Part shown: piece after piece, positions 20,484 through 30,618 of the stretch
Layout of the letters: each line of letters begins with the position of its first letter
Position numbering within the stretch: the first letter of the stretch is position 1
Virus record (IMG/VR): IMGVR_UViG_3300030107_006644
Coordinates: 124,001 to 188,000 of that record
Length of the DNA: 64,000 nt
Direction: 5' to 3' (one strand)
Program-made: the position numbers and the translations under genes
The notes under the pieces: model-generated
The model's input: the letters and a program-made list of their open reading frames with translations, nothing else
What the model was told of the DNA's origin: nothing
Databases searched by the model: none

Positions 20484-20779
20484 AGCTAATAGAAGTCTGT
20501 AAGCCCAACAACTATACAACGTTGGGCGACAAAACAAAATACACCTTGAAAGAGGTGTTTATCAATCCTCAACACGTTGTCTGTTTGCGCGAAGATAATC
20601 TAGCGCGCAGACATTTGGTTGAGGGTCGAATGCCTCCGGGCTTGGATGAGAGACAGGAGTTTACAAAGGTTCATATTAATCGAGGTCAATCTGGTATTGA
20701 TATAACCGTAGTTGGCAACCCTGTCATGATCGAACAACAACTCAATCTTGAAAAGCAGCAAGTTTTGCTGAAAGGATAA
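20477..20779 (+). CDS. Hypothetical protein, weakly FlbD-like
   Basis: EVFINPQHVVCLRE...TKVHI...ITVVG. Confidence 0.5.
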   Translation: MVKLIEVCKPNNYTTLGDKTKYTLKEVFINPQHVVCLREDNLARRHLVEGRMPPGLDERQEFTKVHINRGQSGIDITVVGNPVMIEQQLNLEKQQVLLKG

Positions 20780-20781
20780 AA

Positions 20782-21078
20782 ATGAAATACTTTATTGTGC
20801 ACGGCAGAACATCGTGCCCGTTTTGTGTTAAGGCTGTAGGTCTGTTAGAAAGCAAAAACGTGGCATATGTATTTTCGCCCGTAGATGGCGAGGTCTTGAC
20901 AGAGACTAAGCAAAGGTGGGGTCACCCGACTGTGCCTATCGTGGTAGAGCGCGATCTACATGAGTGTGAATACGAATTGCTAATTGGCGGATATACCGAA
21001 CTTAGTGAATATTTGACGGAATACGTTGAAGACGAGCAGGAAGGAGGCGGCTGTGTTTTGGACAGCAATAGCGATTAA
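20782..21078 (+). CDS. Glutaredoxin
   Basis: CPFC active site, TVPIV, IGGYTEL. Confidence 0.88.
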   Translation: MKYFIVHGRTSCPFCVKAVGLLESKNVAYVFSPVDGEVLTETKQRWGHPTVPIVVERDLHECEYELLIGGYTELSEYLTEYVEDEQEGGGCVLDSNSD

Positions 21079-21253
21079 CCCAGCCCTTGAAAAGGCCGAG
21101 CATCATGTGTTTGATAGCCTGTCGCATGACAACAGTAAAGCATACGCAGACATTCAAAAGCTTCTGCCAAATCGAGTCATTATTGCCTTGGTGAAAGGCA
21201 ACCACAGTTCGTCCACTTACGTGCCGGATAAGACCGTCCAAGTGATCTGGTAG
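21026..21253 (+). CDS. Hypothetical protein
   Basis: Short ORF filling the gap in a + strand operon. Confidence 0.45.
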   Translation: MKTSRKEAAVFWTAIAINPALEKAEHHVFDSLSHDNSKAYADIQKLLPNRVIIALVKGNHSSSTYVPDKTVQVIW

Positions 21254-21257
21254 CAGC

Positions 21258-21602
21258 ATGCCAAATATTCTTTTGGGTTGCCTGCTGTTTGTCATAGGGC
21301 AAACACTGGTCTGGTTTCAGTTAAACTCTCAGTTTGTATGGGATTGGTGGAAAGACAAGCCAATACCGGCCATTGTTCTCTTCTCTGTACCGGCCAGCTT
21401 TTGCTTTTGGTATGGAGTGAGAATGGTGGTCGGAGAAATGAACGAACTATGGGGACCGAGATTGCTTATTTTTGGCATGTCTTACTTGACGTTTCCCTTG
21501 TTAACATGGCATTTTATGGGGGAGAGTATGTTCGCGCCAAAGACGCTAATTTGTGTCCTCTTATCTTTTACAATAGTAGGAGTACAACTTTTTTGGAAAT
21601 GA
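21258..21602 (+). CDS. Small 4-TM membrane protein (SMR/DMT-like)
   Basis: Four hydrophobic segments; WHFMGES...KTLIC. Confidence 0.6.
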   Translation: MPNILLGCLLFVIGQTLVWFQLNSQFVWDWWKDKPIPAIVLFSVPASFCFWYGVRMVVGEMNELWGPRLLIFGMSYLTFPLLTWHFMGESMFAPKTLICVLLSFTIVGVQLFWK

Positions 21603-21603
21603 G

Positions 21604-21624
21604 GGAGCCACTGGCTCCTTTTTT
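21604..21624 (+). terminator. Intrinsic terminator
   Basis: GGAGCC-act-GGCTCC followed by TTTTTT. Confidence 0.7.
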
Positions 21625-21681
21625 GTTGGTATTAGGGCTTTAAATAACTATTTACATAGTAGCCGCAACGTGGAGCTTTAT

Positions 21682-24600
21682 ATGAAGAAGATTTACGAGG
21701 GCTGGCGACGTTATGTTAAGAGAGTTCAACTCGATGAGTCTCGCAAAGTTAAACGTTCGCAGCTCCAAGAAAATTTAGAAACACTGAACGAGATTTCTCG
21801 CGAAGTCTCAGACAGAATATACAAATGGATGCGCGATGCATCGGTCATGGACTATTCGTTTGATGAATTGTTTGACGGTAAGATGCGCATGGCTATGCCG
21901 TTCGACTCTGAAGATGCGTTGAACCTTAAGAAGGTCGTCCGCGCACTCAAGAAAGACGGTTGGCAAGCCGGCGAAATGGTTCCGTGGGAAGGGGGCATGC
22001 ACAGCGCCAACAAGTTCCCCACGCGCACGGTCAAACAGAAGAGACAAAGACTTGCAGACGAGGGCGGCGGCTTTTACGAAGAAGAGATCGAGGTCGCGGA
22101 TCTGGGCCTTGCCAAGAGTTATGAAAAGGAAATACCCGCAGGCCCTCGCAAGGGAGAGATCATCCAGCGTACAGACAAGCTAGGAATGGGCAAAGCAATC
22201 GCCAAACTTGTTAAGGAGAAAAAGCTAGATAAAGAGTTGCTGGATTGGTGGCTTAAGAAACAAACTTATTATACAAAAGACAGGAACTGGACAGAGATCG
22301 AGGCATTGTTCGCCAACACTGAAGTGGATTATACTGTCATTATCTCGCGCCATCCAGTCGATGTACTCCGTATGAGTGATATTGGCAGCATCAGATCGTG
22401 CCACAGCGAGGGGCATAGTCACTTCCAATGCGCTGTGGCAGAAGCTAGGGGTCATGGACCCATCGCGTACCTTGTTCCGACGACAGAGTATGATAAACTC
22501 ATGGCCGGCTTGTATGAGGAATATGATACTGCTGATGATCCTGAGTCGGCATACGATGTGAATCGATCCACCAGCAAATTACTTAAAGCACACGCAGTGT
22601 TCAAAGCAGAAGAATATATCAAAAATCACATTACGACCATACACTCTCGCTGGTCATCGATATACAAAATAATTGACAATATCAAAACTAGCAAGGACGA
22701 GGATATGCTTGAATTCGCAATCCAAGCAGTCTTCGATGCCGACCCTGTGTATGGAGAACTAGACCCTACCGTTCGCGGCTTGCTAACTGATCAAGCTGTG
22801 ATGGACGCTGTGGTTGCCAAAGCCGAGGGCAAGGAATGGTCGCTCCGTCCAGACGACACGCAGGAAGACGAACCTGACGAACCTGAAGAAATCGGAGACA
22901 TATCCAAGTTTGATGATAAGGAAATCTTCAGAGACGGGCAGCGCGGAGTTAAAGGTATCGTTGCAAAGGGTCGCGTCAGGTTTAGAAAATTTGAAGATAG
23001 CGACTCGGATATGCAATTTATTGCCCCAGAGCACAGAACATATGGTGCAGTTCCTCCCGGCTTTGTCAAGTCGATGGTCAAGTGGGCCGCAGAGAGCCAA
23101 GAGCAGACGTTTAGAGACAACGGTTTTCTAGGCCGCCACCCAGAGCAGAGAGGCTTGCACGCCCCCAACTGGTACAGCCTGACTAGATATGGAGGATCGT
23201 ATGAGGACACAGAAGATGGGGATGTGCTGACGGCACTCTTTCAGCACTATGACTCGGAATTTAGTTCTTATAAGCTGGGTTGGAATGTCGATCATCACAC
23301 CGAAGATGAGCAGGACAGCCTCGCCGAACAATATGAGCAGAGAGTCGACGATCTTAATGATTACGCGGCCAACAATTTGGGGCACTGCAGCACCCACGCC
23401 GAGGTTAATGATGACGGTGAAGAGCCCTATGTCTATGCCAGCGGAGACTTGTCAATCGAATTAAACCTTCTAGGCTGGGGCGGCTTGATGGAAGACTATG
23501 TTGGCACAAACTACTATCAATCAAGAGGCGCCGATGAGGACGGCGACCCATATATTATTCCAAAGAGTTGGGGCGGTGATTATCAAAAGAGAAGACAATT
23601 TGAAAGAGCAATCGAAGACAAGCTGGACATCTACTCGGAAGAGACGGATTGGGAGGTTAATGTTCAAAAAGGTGGAGCAATAGGTGAAAAGGGCCCAACA
23701 ACAGTTTTAGAAGTGCGATTTAGATTTAGCATGGAAGATGGTCACACTCCTGATGACTACGAGAACTTTATTGATTATCTTAAGTCCGATGTCGATGACA
23801 AATATGAGAACATTCGCGAAGGAATAAGGTTAGCACTGGTTGAAGAAGGGTACATGCTCAGAAACTACTTCGACAAGCTTAATTATGCAGCGACAGAAGA
23901 TGACGAGGGAGAAGAGATCGAGCCCGGCCCTACTCCAGCGGAGGAATTTGCTGGAAGTCTTCAGCACTTCGAATTCTATCCTCCATCGGATGATGGCGAT
24001 GGCGAAATGTTGTTCGTGTCTCGCGGGCCCGGAAAGGTTAATTATATTACAACACCCACAATGATGCCCGCCTCGCTCCGAAAGCATGACAGAGCAACAG
24101 GCTGGACGGTGGCTGATCTTGAGACAGCGTTTGGTGGCGAACGGTTCTCACTTGGATTCGGCACACCGCCGTCAGTCAAACACACAGGCCTTGGCATGCA
24201 TAAGATAGCCATGGCCCTTAGCGACATACAAGAGGAAGCGGAAGCATATGCCGGCAGGCAATTGTCGCTTGACTTTGGGGAGAGATACGAGGCACCACCC
24301 GATCAGGATGTACTTCCAGACTTTGCAAAGAATGTGGAGTTCATAACCGTTCTTGCTACACCAACTGCTTCACAACAAGCGGGACTACCAGAGACAGGCG
24401 ATAAGGACTCTAGACATTTAGGTTTTGGGATCAGGGTTAAGATTCTTTCTGTTGATTCTGAACGCGAAATTAAAGGTGCAATTGCGTTTATGGAATATGT
24501 CGATAAGGAAATTAGGACAATTGCCAGAGCATTTCAAAGTCTATGGGAACCCGCAATTGAAGAGGCTGAAGAAACAAAAAAGAAGGCGCAAGCCGCAGCA

Positions 24601-26910
24601 GTTAGCAAAGGCACGATGGAGCAGCTTACAAACGCTCTCGACACTAAGGTGAGGAACATGCTCAACACCCCTAGGCCCGGTAATCCTGATTATCAGCCAC
24701 CTCTTGTTGCTGTATTAAAGGCTTATATTGAGTGGGCCCACGCAGCATGGCCAGAAATGCACTTGCTTGAACGCAGAGTGCTTATAAATCAGTATTTGAG
24801 GCCGCTACAGCAGGGAAGTCTCGGCACATCAGCGGGTAATTTTGAGCCGAACAGCACTGGAAGCAGTCACTCTCCACTGCACTGGAAGCGAGCGGTTCAG
24901 CAAGCCCATCGCGAAGCCGGAGCCCCAGAAGCCGTGTGGGGCAGATATGATTGGTATGGTGATGCTGATTTTAGGGATATTATAGCGAAGCACCAAGCCG
25001 AGGCCGGCATTGACAGAGATGCAGAACTTGATGCAGATATTGAGCAGGCAGAGCGTGTGCAACAACAGCTATCACCTGAAGCTGACGCAGAACAGGAAGA
25101 GCCCATCGGCCTCGCACGCTTAGGTACCGCACTCGACCGAGGTGGTGGAGGGCCGATTGTCAGGAGACACGGATCCGCCAATCCCCCCGAGCCCGAGGAT
25201 TTGAGAGAGGCCATTCGGAAAGCGATAAGCGGAACTATTTACGGTAAAGGAGAAATCAAAGTGTCAAACAAAGACAAACTTAGAGAAGCAATTCGAGGAG
25301 CAATAAAACAAAAGCTAGACGAGAATTGGCTGCAGCGCGGGATGGCGTATGCAACTGGTCAAGGCGAAGAGTATGATCGCGATCAGACAGTCGCAAGAGA
25401 AAGCGAAGAAGCAAGAGAGCAAGGACTGCGTGGTCGGCCAGATCCAGATTATGAGCCACCTCCATATCTAGACAGAACATCGCAGTCAGGTCGACGCCCG
25501 AACGATATTTATGCCGGCTCCATTGCTGAACCAGATTACTTACCTGCAGAGTACGCCGGTTGGGAGCAGGGCGATGCAACCCCTTTCGAGCAAGATGTTC
25601 AAAATTGGTACCAGCTAGGCGGCCCGCTTGAAGTTGACGAATTTGGGTATCCAAGTGAAGACTACGAAGCTGGTACGAACTTCATGGCGGGCAGCGATCC
25701 TATGAGTGAATACTTTGTTGATCCTGTGGACAATCCTTACCTATACGATGCGATGACCGGCTGGTATGAAGGTGGCCTAGGCGACACTTGGACAGACCAG
25801 TTTGGAATGCAACGCGATTGGGCACCCGAATTGCTTTATGGAGATCCGCGAAGGCATTTAGAGACCACACAACCGCCCGAAACGTGGCTTGATCCACTGG
25901 GCTCTATGGAAATACCTTGGCGAGGACGAGCCCCCGCTGAAGGCGAGTCGCACGACATTACACAAAACATACTCGATCAATACTTCGGTACGCACAACGA
26001 CTTTGCCGGCCGTGTACACCCAGTGCACGGCGGCCGAAGCACTCATTTAGCTATCGATGCCGGCGGCAGAGTGGGCGATCCACTTTATGCTAGTTTGCCG
26101 GGCTACGCACACTTGCAACGGCGCTATGGTGGGGGCGGTAACACTGTTGGCATGGTGTCCCTAGTCCCAGATCCTAATGATCCGACGCAACCCTACTACG
26201 TTGATCAGCGATACATGCACATGAGGTCTCACCCCGGCGGCTATACGACAAGAGGCCAACGAGTTGAGCCCGGTCAGTTAGTGGGTGAGCTTGGAGGCAC
26301 CGGCACATCGACCACTGGACCTCATCTACATTGGAGCATGCAAGGTGGCGATCTTGGGACTGAATTGGGGGGCGGCGGAGTGAGGGTCGGGTTCGATCAG
26401 CCGGGAACCAGTCGAGCCCAGACAGACGCCTATTTCAATCCGCGAGTGGAGAGAGTTGCGCCTGTAAATCCGGGCCAACTGGCGACTCACTGGAAGTTCC
26501 CCGACAACAGCTATACCGTTCCAGATACATATCGGACTCCTTACATAAACCCTACGTTACTTAGCCCTGATATATGGAACTACTCCTATTACAACCCGCC
26601 CCCGATGCAGGGCCCTGCCCCGTACATACCGATAGGCCCCGGCGATCCGGGATGGTATCCAGAGCCGGGAGAAGAAGGCTACGGAGTACTGCGAGAAAAT
26701 GCCCAGACCTCTGACTTAAAAGACGCAATTCGAGAAGCTATCAAATTAAAGGTTTCCACGAGTGAAGAGGCTCACCATGGTGGGTGCGATGCCTGCGAAA
26801 CTTGCGGCGAGATGCATGGTCCCGAAGAGCCTTGCGAATTGCCAACCTTAGAAGAGGCGATTAGGCAGGCGATACTTCGCAAAATAGGCAAGAAGGTTAA
26901 AGATAGATGA
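21682..26910 (+). CDS. Giant multidomain virion-associated protein with C-terminal M23 peptidase domain
   Basis: M23 motifs HLAID, RYMHM, RVEPGQLVGELGGTGTSTTGPHLHW; repeated LREAIR linkers; CTATTTA upstream. Confidence 0.8.
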   Translation: MKKIYEGWRRYVKRVQLDESRKVKRSQLQENLETLNEISREVSDRIYKWMRDASVMDYSFDELFDGKMRMAMPFDSEDALNLKKVVRALKKDGWQAGEMVPWEGGMHSANKFPTRTVKQKRQRLADEGGGFYEEEIEVADLGLAKSYEKEIPAGPRKGEIIQRTDKLGMGKAIAKLVKEKKLDKELLDWWLKKQTYYTKDRNWTEIEALFANTEVDYTVIISRHPVDVLRMSDIGSIRSCHSEGHSHFQCAVAEARGHGPIAYLVPTTEYDKLMAGLYEEYDTADDPESAYDVNRSTSKLLKAHAVFKAEEYIKNHITTIHSRWSSIYKIIDNIKTSKDEDMLEFAIQAVFDADPVYGELDPTVRGLLTDQAVMDAVVAKAEGKEWSLRPDDTQEDEPDEPEEIGDISKFDDKEIFRDGQRGVKGIVAKGRVRFRKFEDSDSDMQFIAPEHRTYGAVPPGFVKSMVKWAAESQEQTFRDNGFLGRHPEQRGLHAPNWYSLTRYGGSYEDTEDGDVLTALFQHYDSEFSSYKLGWNVDHHTEDEQDSLAEQYEQRVDDLNDYAANNLGHCSTHAEVNDDGEEPYVYASGDLSIELNLLGWGGLMEDYVGTNYYQSRGADEDGDPYIIPKSWGGDYQKRRQFERAIEDKLDIYSEETDWEVNVQKGGAIGEKGPTTVLEVRFRFSMEDGHTPDDYENFIDYLKSDVDDKYENIREGIRLALVEEGYMLRNYFDKLNYAATEDDEGEEIEPGPTPAEEFAGSLQHFEFYPPSDDGDGEMLFVSRGPGKVNYITTPTMMPASLRKHDRATGWTVADLETAFGGERFSLGFGTPPSVKHTGLGMHKIAMALSDIQEEAEAYAGRQLSLDFGERYEAPPDQDVLPDFAKNVEFITVLATPTASQQAGLPETGDKDSRHLGFGIRVKILSVDSEREIKGAIAFMEYVDKEIRTIARAFQSLWEPAIEEAEETKKKAQAAAVSKGTMEQLTNALDTKVRNMLNTPRPGNPDYQPPLVAVLKAYIEWAHAAWPEMHLLERRVLINQYLRPLQQGSLGTSAGNFEPNSTGSSHSPLHWKRAVQQAHREAGAPEAVWGRYDWYGDADFRDIIAKHQAEAGIDRDAELDADIEQAERVQQQLSPEADAEQEEPIGLARLGTALDRGGGGPIVRRHGSANPPEPEDLREAIRKAISGTIYGKGEIKVSNKDKLREAIRGAIKQKLDENWLQRGMAYATGQGEEYDRDQTVARESEEAREQGLRGRPDPDYEPPPYLDRTSQSGRRPNDIYAGSIAEPDYLPAEYAGWEQGDATPFEQDVQNWYQLGGPLEVDEFGYPSEDYEAGTNFMAGSDPMSEYFVDPVDNPYLYDAMTGWYEGGLGDTWTDQFGMQRDWAPELLYGDPRRHLETTQPPETWLDPLGSMEIPWRGRAPAEGESHDITQNILDQYFGTHNDFAGRVHPVHGGRSTHLAIDAGGRVGDPLYASLPGYAHLQRRYGGGGNTVGMVSLVPDPNDPTQPYYVDQRYMHMRSHPGGYTTRGQRVEPGQLVGELGGTGTSTTGPHLHWSMQGGDLGTELGGGGVRVGFDQPGTSRAQTDAYFNPRVERVAPVNPGQLATHWKFPDNSYTVPDTYRTPYINPTLLSPDIWNYSYYNPPPMQGPAPYIPIGPGDPGWYPEPGEEGYGVLRENAQTSDLKDAIREAIKLKVSTSEEAHHGGCDACETCGEMHGPEEPCELPTLEEAIRQAILRKIGKKVKDR

Positions 26911-28949
26911 GTTATGAAAAGATAGCTAACGATTGGAAGAGGTTTATGTCCGAGGATCTGAATCCCGACATAGAGGCTGCAATAGATCGCTCAAGTTCAA
27001 CAGAGCCATCACCGGCAACGGAAGAGGACTTTGAATCGTATGCTGCTGTGGCCGATTATGTTAGTGGTCAAGGCCACGCTCCAGAGGGAATACTCGGCTT
27101 TGCCGATCAGTATGACGCTAGCAAATATCCCGATTGGAACGATAGGGTCGCTCGAACGGACGCTGAGCTGGAATCCCTGCCCGGTCTTGCTCCTCGCGAA
27201 ACAAGGTTGCCGGGCGTACATCGAGGTCCGTACAGGGAAGACGCAGCTATATTTAGCGCCGCTGAATCCGAGGCTGCAGCCGAGGAAGAAAGGTTACGTC
27301 AGCGTAGAGAAGAGAACGATTACTGGAGAGACCAGCACGCTATCTCGCAAGGCTATGAAAGCTGGAATGACATGGCAGAGAACGACGAAGATTTGAGGGC
27401 AACCCTGCAGGTCCATCAGGACCGTGAGGACGAGCGCGAGCGCAGACAAGCTTACGATGAGGAATCTATGGAACATATGATTGCTCTAGGAATGTATGAA
27501 CGCCCTGAAGAGCCGGAGCCGGGCCGTCGATATGGCTTTGAGGATTGGCGAGATGAAAACCCTAATGTTGCAAACGATTTCCGGGCCACAGAACAAGTTA
27601 TGGGCTCCTCTTTCCTGCAGACAGTCGACTGGGAAGGTATGTCCGATCAGGATTACGAGACGCTGCAAAGAGCGGAGTATTTGTTTTTGATGTTTGGAGG
27701 ATCCGGCGCCCGTCGAGGAAATGCCGGCCACGCTCATCATGAGGATTCGGAAGAAGCAGACTCAATTTTAAGAGAATTGTATGGCACAGTGTACGATGAG
27801 ATGCTTGAGCGAGAAGATTTGGGTAAAATGGTTCGACCTGTCACAACTAGGGTCAGGGATCGCGATACCGGCGTTGTCGAGAGAGTTAAGCAGTGGCAAG
27901 AGTGTTCGGATGATGATATGCAACAGCATCCGACGACTGACGGTGATCGCGCCGGTCGCGGAACAGGCTGCAGACCCCAACTTTACAACTCTGTTGACAC
28001 TAGGGATCGATACATAGACAATGCGATGGGGCAGAACAAGTATCACTGGAGTGCAGCAACGATCACCTTTCTCAACAGACATATGGCTCCGAACTTTCGA
28101 GGACATCAGGGACACTTTGCATACATGGGCGATGCTAAACGTGCTCTAGATTCTGAAGAGTACGAAGTAGGAGATTATGTAGCTCACCGGCCCGTCGATG
28201 ATGAAACCGGGACTACTCACGGACAAATAACAATAGGAGATGTCGGTGTGGGCTCTTCGTTATGTAGTCCAAGAGGAGGTACTGGTGATGGCTGGTCAAA
28301 TATTGGGTCTGCCAATCACTGTGATATTGTGATCGCAAAGGATGTAGATGGAAACCTTGTCACAATGGGGGGCAATATTGCTAACGGAAGACTGGGGATC
28401 CGCGTTTTTACTTCTGATGTTAGGGCATACCTCAAGCAGCACGGCAGGCAGCCCGGCGTAGATGTTGTTAGTTGGACTCGCCCTTCGATGGTGATCGCGC
28501 AAGCGCAACAACCCGGACCAGCCTCCGATGCATTGGCTTTAGCCGAACCTCTTCAAGAATCTAAGGACACAACAACTTTACGAACCGCAATCCGCTCTGC
28601 ACTTAAGTTATTAAAAGAAGATTATATTCAAAATGTTTACGAGGCCCAGTGTTCGCTCAACATTCATAAGAAAAAGGGTGGCGATAAAAAACAAACCTTA
28701 ACAGACATTCGTGGCATCCCCGGTGTTACAATTGTTAGTGTGGTTCCCGGTACAAGTCGAGAGATGGGGCATACCTTTATAACAACGCTGTCGGTTAAGT
28801 TTGAACTCAACAATAATCTGCCGCCGCGTAATTACATTAAGAGGGTTCTGGTTCCTCACTTACGAAGAGTAGAGGGCGTCAGCAATATTCAGGTAAAGCG
28901 AATAACTAAGTTATCTAATGTGCAGGGGGAAGAAGATTATCATGGCTGA
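26907..28949 (+). CDS. Probable virion-associated protein with DUF2272/CHAP-like domain and ACT-like C-terminal domain
   Basis: HWSAATITFL, VGDYVA, HCDIVI, MGGNI; C-terminal LTDIRGIPGVTIV. Confidence 0.6.
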   Translation: MSYEKIANDWKRFMSEDLNPDIEAAIDRSSSTEPSPATEEDFESYAAVADYVSGQGHAPEGILGFADQYDASKYPDWNDRVARTDAELESLPGLAPRETRLPGVHRGPYREDAAIFSAAESEAAAEEERLRQRREENDYWRDQHAISQGYESWNDMAENDEDLRATLQVHQDREDERERRQAYDEESMEHMIALGMYERPEEPEPGRRYGFEDWRDENPNVANDFRATEQVMGSSFLQTVDWEGMSDQDYETLQRAEYLFLMFGGSGARRGNAGHAHHEDSEEADSILRELYGTVYDEMLEREDLGKMVRPVTTRVRDRDTGVVERVKQWQECSDDDMQQHPTTDGDRAGRGTGCRPQLYNSVDTRDRYIDNAMGQNKYHWSAATITFLNRHMAPNFRGHQGHFAYMGDAKRALDSEEYEVGDYVAHRPVDDETGTTHGQITIGDVGVGSSLCSPRGGTGDGWSNIGSANHCDIVIAKDVDGNLVTMGGNIANGRLGIRVFTSDVRAYLKQHGRQPGVDVVSWTRPSMVIAQAQQPGPASDALALAEPLQESKDTTTLRTAIRSALKLLKEDYIQNVYEAQCSLNIHKKKGGDKKQTLTDIRGIPGVTIVSVVPGTSREMGHTFITTLSVKFELNNNLPPRNYIKRVLVPHLRRVEGVSNIQVKRITKLSNVQGEEDYHG

Positions 28950-29679
28950 TTATTATGATAAGTGGAAACGCTTTATAGCAGAGCGAAAACAGGCGCCGCA
29001 CCAAATCTACTGTGATATGGATGGCGTTTTGGTAGACTTCGTTCGCGGTGCTCTTGTATCTATTAACGAGGATGTTAATAACGCCAAGCTTTCCGACAAG
29101 AAAGAGACAGGCGGGATGACTGATCTTGGCCATCTTAGACGCGCCATGAAACGAGAAGGTGTGGACACCGTAACCGAAGAGCATATTGAAAAATTTGCAG
29201 GTGGACACTCTAAAGTGAGAAAATACGCCATAAGACATATGTATGCCAGCTTGTCTGATGATGTAGACTTCTGGGCTAATTTGCCTTGGATGGAGGGTGG
29301 TCGTGAGTTGTGGGACTCGATCAAAAAGTATGAACCTTATATTTTAACTGCGCCTATGGGCCCCGGCTCTGAAGAGGGCAAGAGAAGGTGGATTCGCAGA
29401 AATCTTTCTCCGTCGCCCAAAAAGATATTCATGTCTCACGACAAGTTTAAGTGGGCAACAGATAGCGGTGGAAACGCCAATATCTTAATAGACGACTTTA
29501 TGACCAATATTGGCCCATGGAGAGAGAACGGTGGCATAGCTGTCCATCACGATGCAACCGACCTGCAGGAAACTTACGCCGAACTGTTAAGAAACGGCAT
29601 TGAGGTATTGCGAGCCCCCGAGAGTCATGAGGAAGATCCCATGTCGTCTATGCACGATGACGACGAGGATGTTATATAA
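28942..29679 (+). CDS. HAD-superfamily 5'(3')-deoxyribonucleotidase-like protein
   Basis: IYCDMDGVLVDF, FWANLPWM, ILTAP, GKRRW, ILIDD...NIGPW...GGIAVHH. Confidence 0.85.
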   Translation: MADYYDKWKRFIAERKQAPHQIYCDMDGVLVDFVRGALVSINEDVNNAKLSDKKETGGMTDLGHLRRAMKREGVDTVTEEHIEKFAGGHSKVRKYAIRHMYASLSDDVDFWANLPWMEGGRELWDSIKKYEPYILTAPMGPGSEEGKRRWIRRNLSPSPKKIFMSHDKFKWATDSGGNANILIDDFMTNIGPWRENGGIAVHHDATDLQETYAELLRNGIEVLRAPESHEEDPMSSMHDDDEDVI

Positions 29680-29782
29680 AACAAATTTCTTTACCTCATG
29701 ATAAATTAGTGGAAGAAATTACGAGAAAATAAGATTTTTATAGATCCGGCTAATAGTTACTACAGAGCGGAGGCCGTTTTGC

Positions 29783-30598
29783 ATGGGTCTAATGTCGAAA
29801 GCTATCACGATTTTTACCACAGCTATGATGAGTGGTTGCGTACAAGTTGGTAGCACTGACCCCGTTGTTGTTAGCCCGACATTACCAAATGCACATTTTT
29901 GCGAAGCTGGTAGCGAGGTAAACAGAGAGGTACAATCCGCACCCTCCAGAAGACTCGCAAAGATAGCGACGAAGACAAGAAACGCAGCAGTTATGATACA
30001 CCACCTCGACGGCTCACGTCGAGGTTCTGGCGTGTATATGTCTTACGACAACCATCACTTAGTTTTAACCTCTGCTCACGTTGTGCAGGGCGGCCCACCG
30101 ATAGTGAGAGTGACCACGCATACCGGAGAGTCTGTTGTTGCACCTGTGGTTGTTGCGGCTCTTTCACATACAGAAGACTACGCCGTTCTCTTGATCGAGG
30201 AACCCTTGTCTTCTGCTACAGCGATGCCATTAAAGATCCGCCAGAACTCTAGAAGCGGGATTGTCGGCGAGTCGATAGTTTACTCTGGTTCTCCCGGCCA
30301 CCACGAACTTCTAACTCTTTACGGAAACGTGTCTGGTGTTGCTGCGAACGAGAATTTAATAGTACACTCCTATGCTTGGATGGGGGCTTCTGGCTCCGGT
30401 GTATTTGATGACAGAGGAAACCTTGTTGGCATACTGAGAGCTATAGACGTGAATGACGGCATAGTGGTGCCTCAACTGAATGAAGATATGGTCTGGGTTG
30501 CGCCACTGACAAGCGTAGACTTGCAGAGATTATCGCTGGTTCTGGAAATTTATGATCTAGCGAGTGAGGTAGATGAATTAAACATGCCGCAGAGATAG
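29783..30598 (+). CDS. Trypsin-like serine protease, probable lipoprotein
   Basis: GSGV, LTSAHVV, DYAVL, GASGSGVFDDRGNLVGI; lipobox-like MMSGC. Confidence 0.85.
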   Translation: MGLMSKAITIFTTAMMSGCVQVGSTDPVVVSPTLPNAHFCEAGSEVNREVQSAPSRRLAKIATKTRNAAVMIHHLDGSRRGSGVYMSYDNHHLVLTSAHVVQGGPPIVRVTTHTGESVVAPVVVAALSHTEDYAVLLIEEPLSSATAMPLKIRQNSRSGIVGESIVYSGSPGHHELLTLYGNVSGVAANENLIVHSYAWMGASGSGVFDDRGNLVGILRAIDVNDGIVVPQLNEDMVWVAPLTSVDLQRLSLVLEIYDLASEVDELNMPQR

Positions 30599-30618
30599 GC
30601 AGTAAAGGAGAGAAAGTT

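Noticed and set aside
1-21600. Bacterial chromosome or eukaryotic giant virus origin
   Set aside because: Single-strand gene packing, an endolysin, a phage-type MTase, giant virion-like proteins, SD sites and sigma70 promoters fit a bacteriophage; no cellular core operons are present.
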